The notes under the pieces are model-generated. The model saw only the letters and a program-made list of their open reading frames with translations. It did not search any database and was not told the origin of the DNA. From Veleropilina oligotropha (lineage: Eukaryota): 32,459 nt of DNA. The position numbers and the translations under genes are program-made. Numbering within the stretch: position 1 is the first letter of the stretch; every line of letters starts with the position of its first letter. The stretch is taken from assembly GCA_048128005.1 (NCBI GenBank), contig JBEUKZ010000029.1, positions 124,001-156,459 on the forward strand, written 5' to 3'. Below, in pieces: positions 8,289-17,315 of the stretch.

Positions 8289-8362
8289 GTGAGAGCTTGC
8301 TCAGTAGATGCCTGGTAGGTGCTATAAGATGCCTGGTAGATGCCTAGCTTGCTAAGTAGTTG

Positions 8363-8995
8363 CTACAACACACTATAAGCAACGGGCTGATCGGTCTTTA
8401 ACAGAAGCTTGAGGTGTCGGGTCTCGGCCAACAGCCCTCGCACCGCGGTTCTCTCATCCTGCGACTGAATGACATCGTTCTCGCGGAGACAGTCCTCGAA
8501 GGAATCTCGGTCCTTGCAATGGAACAGCGCGACCCAGCGGGTCTGCTCTCGCAGCTCCTTCAGGACTGAGTTGTACTTCTGCGTCACCACCCATACACTC
8601 TGGGCAGCGTGCCTTCCACTAAAGGCCAGCTCCGTCAGAGTGTCCCTCCTCTTGACGAGGGCTTTGCTGGCCGCGCAGTCGTCGATTATGTAGAGGGTCG
8701 GCTCCCCCTGGAAAAGCCGGTAGAACCCCCGCAACCAGTCATGGAGTCGCTCACCAGGGGGGATTATGTACACCTCAGGGTCAGTCCAGATCCATGAACA
8801 GGACTGGTAGGCTTCGTTGTACTTGATCGTGGGGCAGAGGATTACGATGTGCCGGAACACCCCTCGATACTCTGCTTCCAGGAGTGAAAGCATGAAAACC
8901 GTCTTTCCACAGCCAGTCTGGCCGCAGATGATCGCGGAGTGGGGGTCCTTGGGGTGCAGAAACCGCTTAATACAGTGCCGCAACGAAGCGTCCAT
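8363..8995 (-). CDS. A32-like (FtsK-HerA) DNA packaging ATPase
   Basis: Walker A IICGQTGCGKT, Walker B YIIDDC, arginine-finger SGRH, VVTQKY; 210 aa; adjacent to the capsid gene. Confidence 0.92.
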   Translation of the reverse strand: MDASLRHCIKRFLHPKDPHSAIICGQTGCGKTVFMLSLLEAEYRGVFRHIVILCPTIKYNEAYQSCSWIWTDPEVYIIPPGERLHDWLRGFYRLFQGEPTLYIIDDCAASKALVKRRDTLTELAFSGRHAAQSVWVVTQKYNSVLKELREQTRWVALFHCKDRDSFEDCLRENDVIQSQDERTAVRGLLAETRHLKLLLKTDQPVAYSVL

Positions 8996-10228
8996 CAGAT
9001 ATGTTGAGCTGTGCGTCCATTATCACGTACTCATAGACGTTCAACGGGCCGGCTGCCTCGCCGGTCTTCGTGATCGTAACGGTGATACCCTCGCTGCCGT
9101 TATCTACTTTCCGGCCGGAGCCGTGCAGCTGATCGTCATCGGTGACTCGCATATCGATCCATAGGGCGAATTTCTTAGTCAGAAACTGGCCCAGGGTGAC
9201 GTCTGCCAGTTCCAAATCCTTGGCAGCCAACGCCACCTCAGGATGCCGCTTGCTGACCGGGGAGGAGGCGAAGAATCTCCTGGCTTCGTCCCACATCTGG
9301 TAGGAATGCATGCCCTGGCTGTAGATTTGATTCGGAACCCCTTCAATAACTATCTCGACTTTTGTGATCTTCGGGTTATAGAAGGCTTCGGTGTCCCTCG
9401 CGAATGGTGCGGCGTCTCTCGCAGGGTCCTCAAACAGCAATAGGATACCCTTCATGGACCTCGCGGGGACGTTCAAGTTCAGATTCCACAGCGTGTCGCT
9501 CTTGTCTAGGGTGAGCTTACGATGCCGGAGTACACGGTCGTAGAGGATGGCGAGGCGGCCCGAGTATTGGTTGCGAATCACTCTGGCCAGCTCTACCTGG
9601 GTGACCATATCGTACTCAAGGCTGATATTGTCGATTCTGTAGCTTGCAGCCGGGTCATCCGTGTCCTTGATCGTCCTCGAATAATCGTTGAACGTGAGTT
9701 CGTACTCCAAACGGTCCCCAAGCGCGCTCTGATAGAATGGCATATGGCTCTCCAGCAACTCGAAGTCCAGCGGGATGCGGAACCTCGGACCGTAAGCGTC
9801 CGAGATGGCCGCATCCTCAGAACGTCTGAAGGCGCCCTCAGCGCCGACACGATTCTTCGTAGTGTTGTGGCCGTCGCTGGTATCAATACCCTGGTAGTGG
9901 GCGCTACTGCGTTCCTGGGGTGTCCTCCAGAGGTCGCAGTAGCAGTGATACACGTCGGAGTCGTCAATCGTGGTCTTCTTGACCACGGCGCGTCCGATAT
10001 TCTGCACTACGGTTCGGTTCGGGTTAGCCGAGTGCAGCGAAATCGTGAATGCAAGGTGGGCAGTCCCTGGAACGATCACGTCATGAGCCCCAAGATTAGG
10101 GAATCGAACCAACAGCTGCTGGTTGGCGGCGATCGTGGATGGGTCACCGACTGTCGGATACCCTTGACCCCAAGAGGCTCTCGCAGCCTGCGGTATGGAT
10201 CCAACGTGCGTCCGTATAGGCTGGTCAT
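8967..10228 (-). pseudogene. Probable double-jelly-roll major capsid protein, frameshifted near the 5' end
   Basis: ATG at 10228 gives MTSLYGRTLDPYRRLREPLGVKGIRQSVT. A frame change at ~10140-10146 joins PSTIAANQQLLVRFPNLG and the 381-aa beta-rich ORF (FRIPLDF, LEYELTFN, YRIDNISLEYD, ITKVEIVIEG, LNVYEYVIMDA). Size (~420 codons) and position next to the ATPase fit an MCP. Confidence 0.75.
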
Positions 10229-10271
10229 GGTGTTGGCTGAATTAGATGCGTACCCCTCTGGTTGTATTCAA

Positions 10272-11531
10272 ATGGCGGAATTTGAGAACCCCACATTCGA
10301 GCCCGACATCATCGACGATGATGGTGAGGTTGGATCCACGGACTGGATTGTGGCGGCGCCACAGGAAGGAACCAGCGGTCTGCGGCAAGAGCTTGTTCAA
10401 ACAGCGGTTGATGACTACTACAACGCCCTGTCCAAGGAGGGGCAGACCCCGGCCACGGGGCGTGATTACTCCAGGTTCGATTACGTGGACGGGCGACAGC
10501 AGATGAAAGCCTGGCCCCACATCGATCTCATCAATTCTAGCACCGGTAAACCCAAGGCTTTGGCAACCATAGCTGGCCAGCGTGGTGGGGGTAGTGCCAT
10601 CAGAGATGGGTTGGGCTTCGTAGACTGGAAGCGGGGGGGGGGACAAAAGCTGCCCTCAAAAGCGGTTGCAGCTTTTCAGACCGCCGACAATGCGTTGAGC
10701 GGTGCGGCGGCCAACGTAGACAACGTGGAACTGCGGGACTTGGGGCAGACCGCTACAGATGCGGCATCTGCAATCCACACAATGGAGACGACGTTCACAG
10801 ATGCTGAGGTTGATGAGATCTTAGGCACGATGGGGGACCCCCCCCTTAAATCTTCGTGAGCTTCGCGGGCTGGACAAGGCGATGCAGACCATCCGAGGCG
10901 AGCTCACGAACAACTTGGCCAAACTAACGGCGCTGGACGAACACATAGCTCTGGAGAAGAGGAAGCTCGCTCAGGCAGATGAATGAGGTGTCCAGGAGTT
11001 CGTCCGTCGACGAATCGCGGAACGTCTTCGCAACTTACAGGATGAACGAGAAGCTCGCCTAGAGGCAGCCGGGTCCAGCCGGGAAGCCCTTCGCTCTCAA
11101 ATCAGCCGGATCCGAGAGATGATAAGTCGGATTCTCCACTCAGACACAACGCTTGCCGAGCGCATCCGGACCCTGTTCCGTGAGCATGGGGTGACGATCG
11201 CAACCATACTCACCGCTATTGGGCTGGCCATCTCGACGTTGGTACTAGCCCTAACAGGCGGAGCGCCGAGCATCGCACCAACACCACCACCTCCCAGTGG
11301 TCAGGGGGGGTCAAGGAGTGGGTCAAAAAGCAGCTGCAGAACCTGGGTCGGATTCTAGCCAAACTAGCAGGGAAGGTGGCTGCGGCACTCCCAGGCATGA
11401 TTGGCAGCCTACTTTCCTGGCTCATCAACCTGGTTGGCAAGGCTGCGTCGTGGCTGGCCGAGAACCTGTGGGCTGTGATTATATCTGTGGGGGGCTTGCT
11501 TCTTATTGCCGCTAGACAGTGGGTCACGTAA
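10272..11531 (+). pseudogene. Disrupted coiled-coil, multi-TM membrane protein (~420 codons)
   Basis: Starts MAEFENPTFEPD. Frameshift at the C8 run 10838-10845 into LNLRELRGLDKAMQTIRGELTNNLAKL, in-frame TGA at 10984, then TLAERIRTLFREHGVTIATILTAIGLAISTLVLALTGG. A second frameshift at G7 11304-11310 leads to WVKKQLQNLGRILAKLAGK...WLAENLWAVIISVGGLLLIAARQWVT-TAA. Confidence 0.8.
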
Positions 11532-12786
11532 GCCAAATGAACGCTAGGCCAACGACAATGCCGCCCACGATAAGTGCGGTCTTCTCCTCGTCATGTGCCA
11601 CAGCGGCCCTGCCCGCCACGGCCACAGCCGGCGAAGCATTTGGATGCTTCGGAGCATCTGCCCGTAAGACTGCGTCTTGTGGAATTACCAGTCCTGTTTC
11701 TCCAGTCTCCCCAGTGGGTGGAACACTGGCCGCGTTGACAGACATATTAAGACCGAGTGTCTGATTTTCCGTGGCAACTACGATTTCGTTGTTATACCCT
11801 GCCACCTGCCCTATTCGCAGGAGCATGTCACTTGGCGCCATGTACAGGCCTACGCCGACGTTGGACCTGGCATACTGCAACACAGCCTGGTACCGTTTGA
11901 TTGCTGCTGGGAGGTCCACTGGCGATGCGATGGCATCTTCCACGTTTGCCAGGAACTGTTTCTGCACGTCAAATGCCGTCCCACTATCCAGAATACTTGC
12001 ACGTGTCTGAGCCTGCGCTCCAAGAATAGCCCAGACGTAGGTCCTGATGGAGTCATTGAGCCGTTCCACGCCGGCCCTCGTAAACCCCGCCGAGGTGTCC
12101 AGAATAAACGAGGCCCATCCGTCTGTAAGCGCAGGCGCTTGCGCGATGTAGTCCACGTGCAGATTCGTGTTGGCGGTCCCTTTTGTGAATGACATACGAC
12201 TGGGATCGTACTCACGGCCTATGGGGTGGTAGCCATTGTTCGTCCAGTAGCTGAAAGCGGTGCCTAGTCCGCCGTTGGGACCCTTGACACGCCAGTCAGT
12301 ATGTGGAGACACTCCAAACTCGCTGCAGATCTTCTCATATGCCCTTCGACCATACGGGGTGTCGAATGCATCCCACGTCCTGTCTTGTGGCAGCGGCGCC
12401 TGAATTTCGGTCAGTACCCTTCTGACCTGATAGTAGACGTGGAAGGTGAATACGGCTCTGGAGAGGGGGTCGGTCGCATTCAAGTGGTCTTCTGAGGAGA
12501 TCCTGGAACCTGTTGTGGCACACCACACCGCGAAGTTGACCTGGTTCTGCCAAAACCGCATCGGTGTGCTGTGCCAGGCCTGGATTAGCCGGTCACTCGC
12601 GACATGTGGGAGGCGATACTTTTGAAAGACGTCGGGGTAGTCGGCCCCGAATGCAGAATGGGGAGATTCAGACGAGGAGACAACGACGCGTGGTTTTGTA
12701 AGCTGCTCATCCTTTATCCGGGCTGGGTACACCACACCGGTCGAATAGGCCGCACTCCTATTAAAAGCAAAGGCGCTCTTAGCCAT
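11524..12786 (-). CDS. Hypothetical 420-aa protein with C-terminal TM anchor
   Basis: Open ORF with aromatic-rich globular region (FWQNQVNFAVWCATTG, FHVYYQVRR), a Pro/Ala/Thr linker and terminal ALIVGGIVVGLAFIWLT. Confidence 0.8.
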   Translation of the reverse strand: MAKSAFAFNRSAAYSTGVVYPARIKDEQLTKPRVVVSSSESPHSAFGADYPDVFQKYRLPHVASDRLIQAWHSTPMRFWQNQVNFAVWCATTGSRISSEDHLNATDPLSRAVFTFHVYYQVRRVLTEIQAPLPQDRTWDAFDTPYGRRAYEKICSEFGVSPHTDWRVKGPNGGLGTAFSYWTNNGYHPIGREYDPSRMSFTKGTANTNLHVDYIAQAPALTDGWASFILDTSAGFTRAGVERLNDSIRTYVWAILGAQAQTRASILDSGTAFDVQKQFLANVEDAIASPVDLPAAIKRYQAVLQYARSNVGVGLYMAPSDMLLRIGQVAGYNNEIVVATENQTLGLNMSVNAASVPPTGETGETGLVIPQDAVLRADAPKHPNASPAVAVAGRAAVAHDEEKTALIVGGIVVGLAFIWLT

Positions 12787-12790
12787 AGCT

Positions 12791-13527
12791 ATGTTTCACA
12801 CATTAACGAGTGTTCAAGAGGGGACCGCGTTTGCCCTCCTGCAACCGATAGATAACCGGGACGGCAAGCTATGCGTCGGCCTGCACTCGCTCGACTATTG
12901 GGTCGGTTGGCATAACGCACACGCAGGAGCCTTCTTCCAAACCCCCAATACCACGGTCGAGGTAGCACCGGGTTTCTACATCTTCGATTCCCTCGCCAAG
13001 ACACTGAAGAGGTCGCTAGTTAACATACAGCTAGATGTAAGCCATAGCACGGGACTCGCGCAACTCGTTGTCCCAGAGGGGACTCGCCTCGCGATAAGCA
13101 ACGATATACGGAAGCTCCTCGGCTTAAACCTTTCTTCGTTTATTCTCGATAAATCGGGGAATCCGCACCCACCCATTCGAGGAGTACGGGGCCGACCTCC
13201 CCCTCCGGAGAGATCCGAGTGGCTACGCCCCGGGACGTATGACGGGAACAACCGGTAGGGTTTGCGATAGCGGCGACCCTACACGTCCATCTGGAGCAGC
13301 TCAGTACAACACACAACATGAAGGACGGCGCCCCTAGCAATATTCTCGCGGTGGTCCCCATAACGTCGCAGATATTCGGCGAGGCTGCCCACTATCATAG
13401 GTATCCAGACTTCCGGCGACTGCAGGCCGGGTCACTCACAGAATTGAAGATGTGGGTCACAGACCCTGATGGTAACCCGCTCGACAATCACGGTATGCCT
13501 ATTTCCGCAGTCCTCGAGATACAATGA
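12791..13527 (+). pseudogene. Probable minor capsid protein (penton, single jelly roll), frameshifted
   Basis: ORF 12791-13258 joins by a 1-nt shift at ~13244-13253 to QPVGFAIAATLHVHLEQLSTTHNMKDGAPSNILAVVP...LTELKMWVTDPDGNPLDNHGMPISAVLEIQ, a C-terminus typical of Polinton/adintovirus pentons. Confidence 0.7.
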
Positions 13528-13892
13528 GCGCCAGCATCTATGGGACCCCCCCACCCCCCCTCCCCCTGCTTGCAGATGAGCCTTCCCCGACCCGGTGGCA
13601 CTTCGTTATTAATTGTGGGGAAGCGCCCAAGAAGGGGCTGGCGAGGAGGGAGTTCATGATTCCAAACACTGGAGGTCAGTTTGGGTTGAACCCATCCCTT
13701 CTAATGATCCACATGACGCCGATCCAGCCGGCCGGGGGGGCTCCCAAGGCATGTTCCATAAATAGGTTTGGCCTGGATTCGGACAAGTTGACCCTCGCCT
13801 TTGCCATCAAGGCTCCCTGGGTGGGCACCATGTATTTGAACGTAACGGTAGACATGTGGAATCAACAGGCGGAACAGTACAGCCACGAATAA
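13524..13892 (+). CDS. Hypothetical 122-aa beta-rich protein with Pro-rich N-terminus
   Basis: ATGA overlap with the penton stop; its own stop overlaps the next ATG (TAATG). Confidence 0.6.
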   Translation: MSASIYGTPPPPLPLLADEPSPTRWHFVINCGEAPKKGLARREFMIPNTGGQFGLNPSLLMIHMTPIQPAGGAPKACSINRFGLDSDKLTLAFAIKAPWVGTMYLNVTVDMWNQQAEQYSHE

Positions 13893-13908
13893 TGGACAGC
13901 CACGAATA

Positions 13909-14541
13909 ATGGACACCAAGCCCTCAGCGCCAACGCTGTACCCACAACTCGGTGGCGATGTGCCTTCGGAAGTTCCGGAGGCACAGTCTTTCCGACTACA
14001 GAAAGTGAATGAGCTCCAGGGACAGTTAGAATGAGAGAGAGACACAAGGGCTGCCCTGTACAAGAAGTACCGGTGAGGCGTTAATGTCGTTGACGGGATC
14101 GACTCGGCCCTGGTCGTGGCCACCCTTGGTATGGGTAGCGCCGGCATCGGACTGTTGTCCACGATCGTTGCGGCCCCTGTTGTCCTAGTGCTGGAATTAG
14201 CGGCGTTAGGGTGTGGGCTCGCAAGCATGGGTGGAAAATACATCAGCCGCCGCCTCCAGGTGAAGTCTAAAAAGCACGACGAGATCCGAGTACTGGCCGA
14301 AAGTAAGCTGAACACAATCACCGACCACCTCTCAAAGGCCTTAGCGGATGGGGAGATGTCTGATGATGAATTCCAACTGGTCACAGTGGAGATGGAAAAA
14401 TATCGGACATTGAAAGCCGCCCTGCGTCTCAAGAGTACAAAGGCGCATACGGCGGTTTCACAGACCCAGAGCGAGCTCATTGAGCATGGTCGTAAAGAGG
14501 GATGCGCGGAGCTGCTGAAAAAAATCGGGGCTGGCGACTAA
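13909..14541 (+). pseudogene. Two-TM membrane protein with N-terminal PSAP/LYPxL motifs; two premature TGA stops
   Basis: One frame reads MDTKPSAPTLYPQL...FRLQKVNELQGQLE*ERDTRAALYKKYR*GVN, with stops at 14032 and 14074. It continues through two hydrophobic helices to KKHDEIRVLAESKLNTITDHLSKALADGEMSDDEF; 210 codons. Confidence 0.8.
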
Positions 14542-14620
14542 CCATCCAGGTTGAGCGTGGGGTGGGGGACCCCCCTCCCCCGTATTAAAGCTTGAACTGG
14601 ACAGTGATATCTGGACAGCC

Positions 14621-15034
14621 ATGAAATCCATGAAATCCATGCTACTGTGTATTTCCGCGGTGTGCTTTGCCGCCTGGGGTACCACCCAGGCGTCGTCACG
14701 CGACGACGCATTAATCCTCGAACACACGTGGGCTAGGTATTGGAACCACCCCCCGTACAATATACGACTTGACCCCTTGCGAAGAAACTTGCTACGAGAC
14801 CCCCCTGATGTATCCCCACCATCGTGTCACTACTTTATTATCGGAGAGAATGACTGTGGCCCCGACCCAAATACTGTTGTATGCATTGAGTGCGTTGAGC
14901 CGTCTCTATGTCGAGGTAAACACGGGCATTACTTCTCAATGTTATCTACCAGCTGCAGGGGTGCGTGGAGTCAGATAGGGCATATCTCGCCATGCAATTG
15001 CACACTAGCCAGCGGGAATTACATATTTATCTAA
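14621..15034 (+). CDS. Cys/His-rich hypothetical accessory protein
   Basis: 137-aa ORF with CHYF, CIEC, CRGKHGH, CNC; a 9-bp tandem duplication (CCATGAAAT) at the start; last ORF before the right non-coding arm. Confidence 0.4.
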   Translation: MKSMKSMLLCISAVCFAAWGTTQASSRDDALILEHTWARYWNHPPYNIRLDPLRRNLLRDPPDVSPPSCHYFIIGENDCGPDPNTVVCIECVEPSLCRGKHGHYFSMLSTSCRGAWSQIGHISPCNCTLASGNYIFI

Positions 15035-15442
15035 CAGCTGCAATCTCGGGGATTCCCTGCCTTGAAACATATTTTTCAGGCTTTCCCAGTGTTATATTAA
15101 TAGCCTGTTAGGCCGTCTACTGTTGTCTCTCCTGCGCCTATTCATAGCCCGTTGTTATTAACACTGCTCGGGGATTCCCTGCCCGCAATGACTTGAAACC
15201 ATGAAACAATAGACTTCCATAGCCTAATTGGTTTCTCAGCGGGTATGAATAGACACGCTTCTCTTATCAAGACACGCCATACCCGGGTCTTTACAAATAC
15301 CTCGTCGCGTTATATCAATGCTATTGTGTACCCTCGCTGCTATCACAAGCCGCGTATCTGTCTGGCTGACCCAGATAAAAAAAGATTTCGTCGAACGCAT
15401 TTCTGGTGGCACAGAAATTGCAAGCTGTCGGATGCGTATCTC

Positions 15443-15526
15443 GCTTTTGGTGACCCAGAAAAAAAAGATTTTGGTCCAGTTAAAAAGTTTTGGTCAAGAA
15501 CTTTTTTTCACTGGGTCACCAAAAGC
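15443..15526. repeat. Subterminal inverted repeat / hairpin in the right arm
   Basis: GCTTTTGGTGACCCAG (15443-15458) pairs perfectly with CTGGGTCACCAAAAGC (15511-15526), and the stem extends imperfectly inward over the A-run/T-run. Confidence 0.75.
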
Positions 15527-15760
15527 TTCGACGTAAACATGGGGACCGTTTTTTAGCTGACATGGCAGCTTTTGAGCTGAGTCATCCCCATGAGTCGGCA
15601 GTTATTGCGTTGAGCTAGCAATAACACTTCTTGAGAACGAGCACACTAGGTCAGCTCAGTCGTCGACAGGCTATGAATAGACGCAACTGAGCAGCTAGGG
15701 TAAACAATACAATTGATAGAAATAGACTATCATAAGCTACCCTAGTTTCAGACAGCGCCG

Positions 15761-15948
15761 TGTACACACGGTGACTTTTGTAATACAAGTCCTACCCTGG
15801 GGTCTGAAATAGGGCTGGGAGCCTCCCCGGCGGCCGTGGGCCCCTAGTCTAAACTGCCTTAGGGGTCGTACTACACCCCTCAGTTCTGAAATAGTGCTGG
15901 GAGCCTTATGTTTCCATTCTAAAAAGTCCAATGACCCCCCCTGCTGCT
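15761..15948 (-). repeat. Right terminal inverted repeat
   Basis: TGTACACACGGTGACTTTT...TCCAATGACCCCCCCTGCTGCT is the reverse complement of the left TIR. Confidence 0.95.
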
Positions 15949-16002
15949 AATAGTTATATGGTGCAATACACCATTTTCATGAATGATGGGAAATGATCTT
16001 TT

Positions 16003-16267
16003 GGCAGCCAAGTTGGATTTTTTGTTTGGATAAAGCTTACAGTGTTGGTAATGTAGACTGAATCTTAGTTTACGAGGAAAAAAATAATAACCGTGTATTA
16101 TTGTTAACAAATTGTTTGGGCGGCCATCTTGGATTTTGGGGCGCCATATTGGATTTTCAGACGGCGGCCCATATCCACTTTTTGTCTACTCTTCCTGACT
16201 TACATTTCTGTCAAATTAGGTGCTTTTACCATAAAACCCACAATTGTTTCACCATTCTGCTGCACTA
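16003..16267. repeat. Host interspersed-repeat fragment with GGCGGCCATCTTGGATTT-type motifs
   Basis: Three variants at 16003, 16119 and 16140. Such motif arrays are common in invertebrate non-autonomous DNA transposons. Boundaries are approximate. Confidence 0.4.
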
Positions 16268-17315
16268 ATAAGACACAGCCTATCATTTTTAGGTGAAATT
16301 ACAGAGATTGGGTAAGATTATAAATCGCTTCAAAAAAGAGTCCCTGTGGATTTACCAGAAGGTTGGCCACCCTAGATGTATTCCAGGGCGTCCATATTAA
16401 TGGAAAATTGCCACCATCCTTTCACAGCAGACGGTGTCCACCTCCCATATAAAACGTTGTATTGGCTCCCGGAGTAATACAATTTTGCATTACCGTAATA
16501 ATTTTGTCGGCCGCCGGATGAGCGGTAAGGATATTGCAATTGGCTCCGTGTGTATGTATGTGTGTTTGCCTATTCATATAACTCGATAAATATAAATCCA
16601 ATTTACAAAAAATGTGTACCTCCTCGAAAATGGTCTGGATTGCTATCCTGATTTTATGACGCAATATCCGGTTTACAAACTTCCGGTTGTACAAATTTCA
16701 ATTATGCTCAAAATGGTTTTTAAATAACGGGATTAAACTTTGATGAATTAAATATAATATACATTACCCAAGATGTCCGTCAGGGAAATTTAAAATTGTA
16801 ATAAATAGGGGTAAATTCTTAATTTCGCAAAATCAAATTAACTTGTTTAAATTATTCAGGCAACTTGTAGTCCTGATCAAATGACATTGATATCAGCAAA
16901 ACATATTTGAAAATAATGTGAAATGTGAATTTTATAAGAATTTTAGATATCAAACACATTTATTAAACTGCAACTAACGGCCGTAAATCGGTAACTACTG
17001 ACACCAGATCCCTCACATTTTAACTAGTGACAAAGGGCATTATCTACAACTATGTCGATTTATGTTGTGTGTTAAAGAGCATTTATAATAGTCATTTTTG
17101 TTTAAAAGTTAGAATACTCCATAGGTTGCGATATTTCAAATAAATCATTATCTATAAAATATAGCGACACATAATTTACATCTATAGGGAAAATAAAATA
17201 ATCTATCAGCAAAAATAAATGCAGTAATTATTATTTTTTGCGAGTTAAGTACTGTTGACTTCAGCGAATATTGATAATCTCACAAAGCAGCTCAATGCGT
17301 TAGGCTTAATCGCAT

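Larger units (their letters stand above)
158..15948. mobile_element. Full-length endogenous Polinton/Maverick-like virus (~15.8 kb) with a PolB-SF1 helicase fusion
   Basis: Matching TIRs at 158-347 and 15761-15948 with AGCAGC...GCTGCT termini. Flanks TATAG (153-157) and AATAG (15949-15953). Densely packed intronless ORFs for PolB/helicase, DDE integrase, A32-like ATPase and capsid-like proteins. Abrupt GC-rich to AT-rich change at the ends. Confidence 0.95.

Noticed and set aside
9522..10271. N-terminal ~250 codons of the 445-aa plus-strand ORF
   Set aside because: Antisense shadow of the MCP gene in GC-rich DNA; the plausible protein starts at ATG 10272 (MAEFENP).
10984..14076. TGA recoding or programmed frameshifting as the cause of interrupted genes
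   Set aside because: TGA is the normal stop of other genes here (e.g. polyprotein, penton), and lesions are of mixed types, so decay or sequencing error is simpler.
13701..14480. 259-aa minus-strand ORF
   Set aside because: Ser-rich antisense translation of the plus-strand membrane protein pseudogene.
15245..15556. 103-aa ORF in the right arm
   Set aside because: Runs through A/T tracts and the hairpin repeats; no protein-like features.
158..15948. Bacterial prophage or contaminant contig
   Set aside because: Bounded by Polinton-type TIRs within AT-rich animal-like flanks, with an rve integrase and A32-like ATPase and no phage terminase, portal or tail genes.
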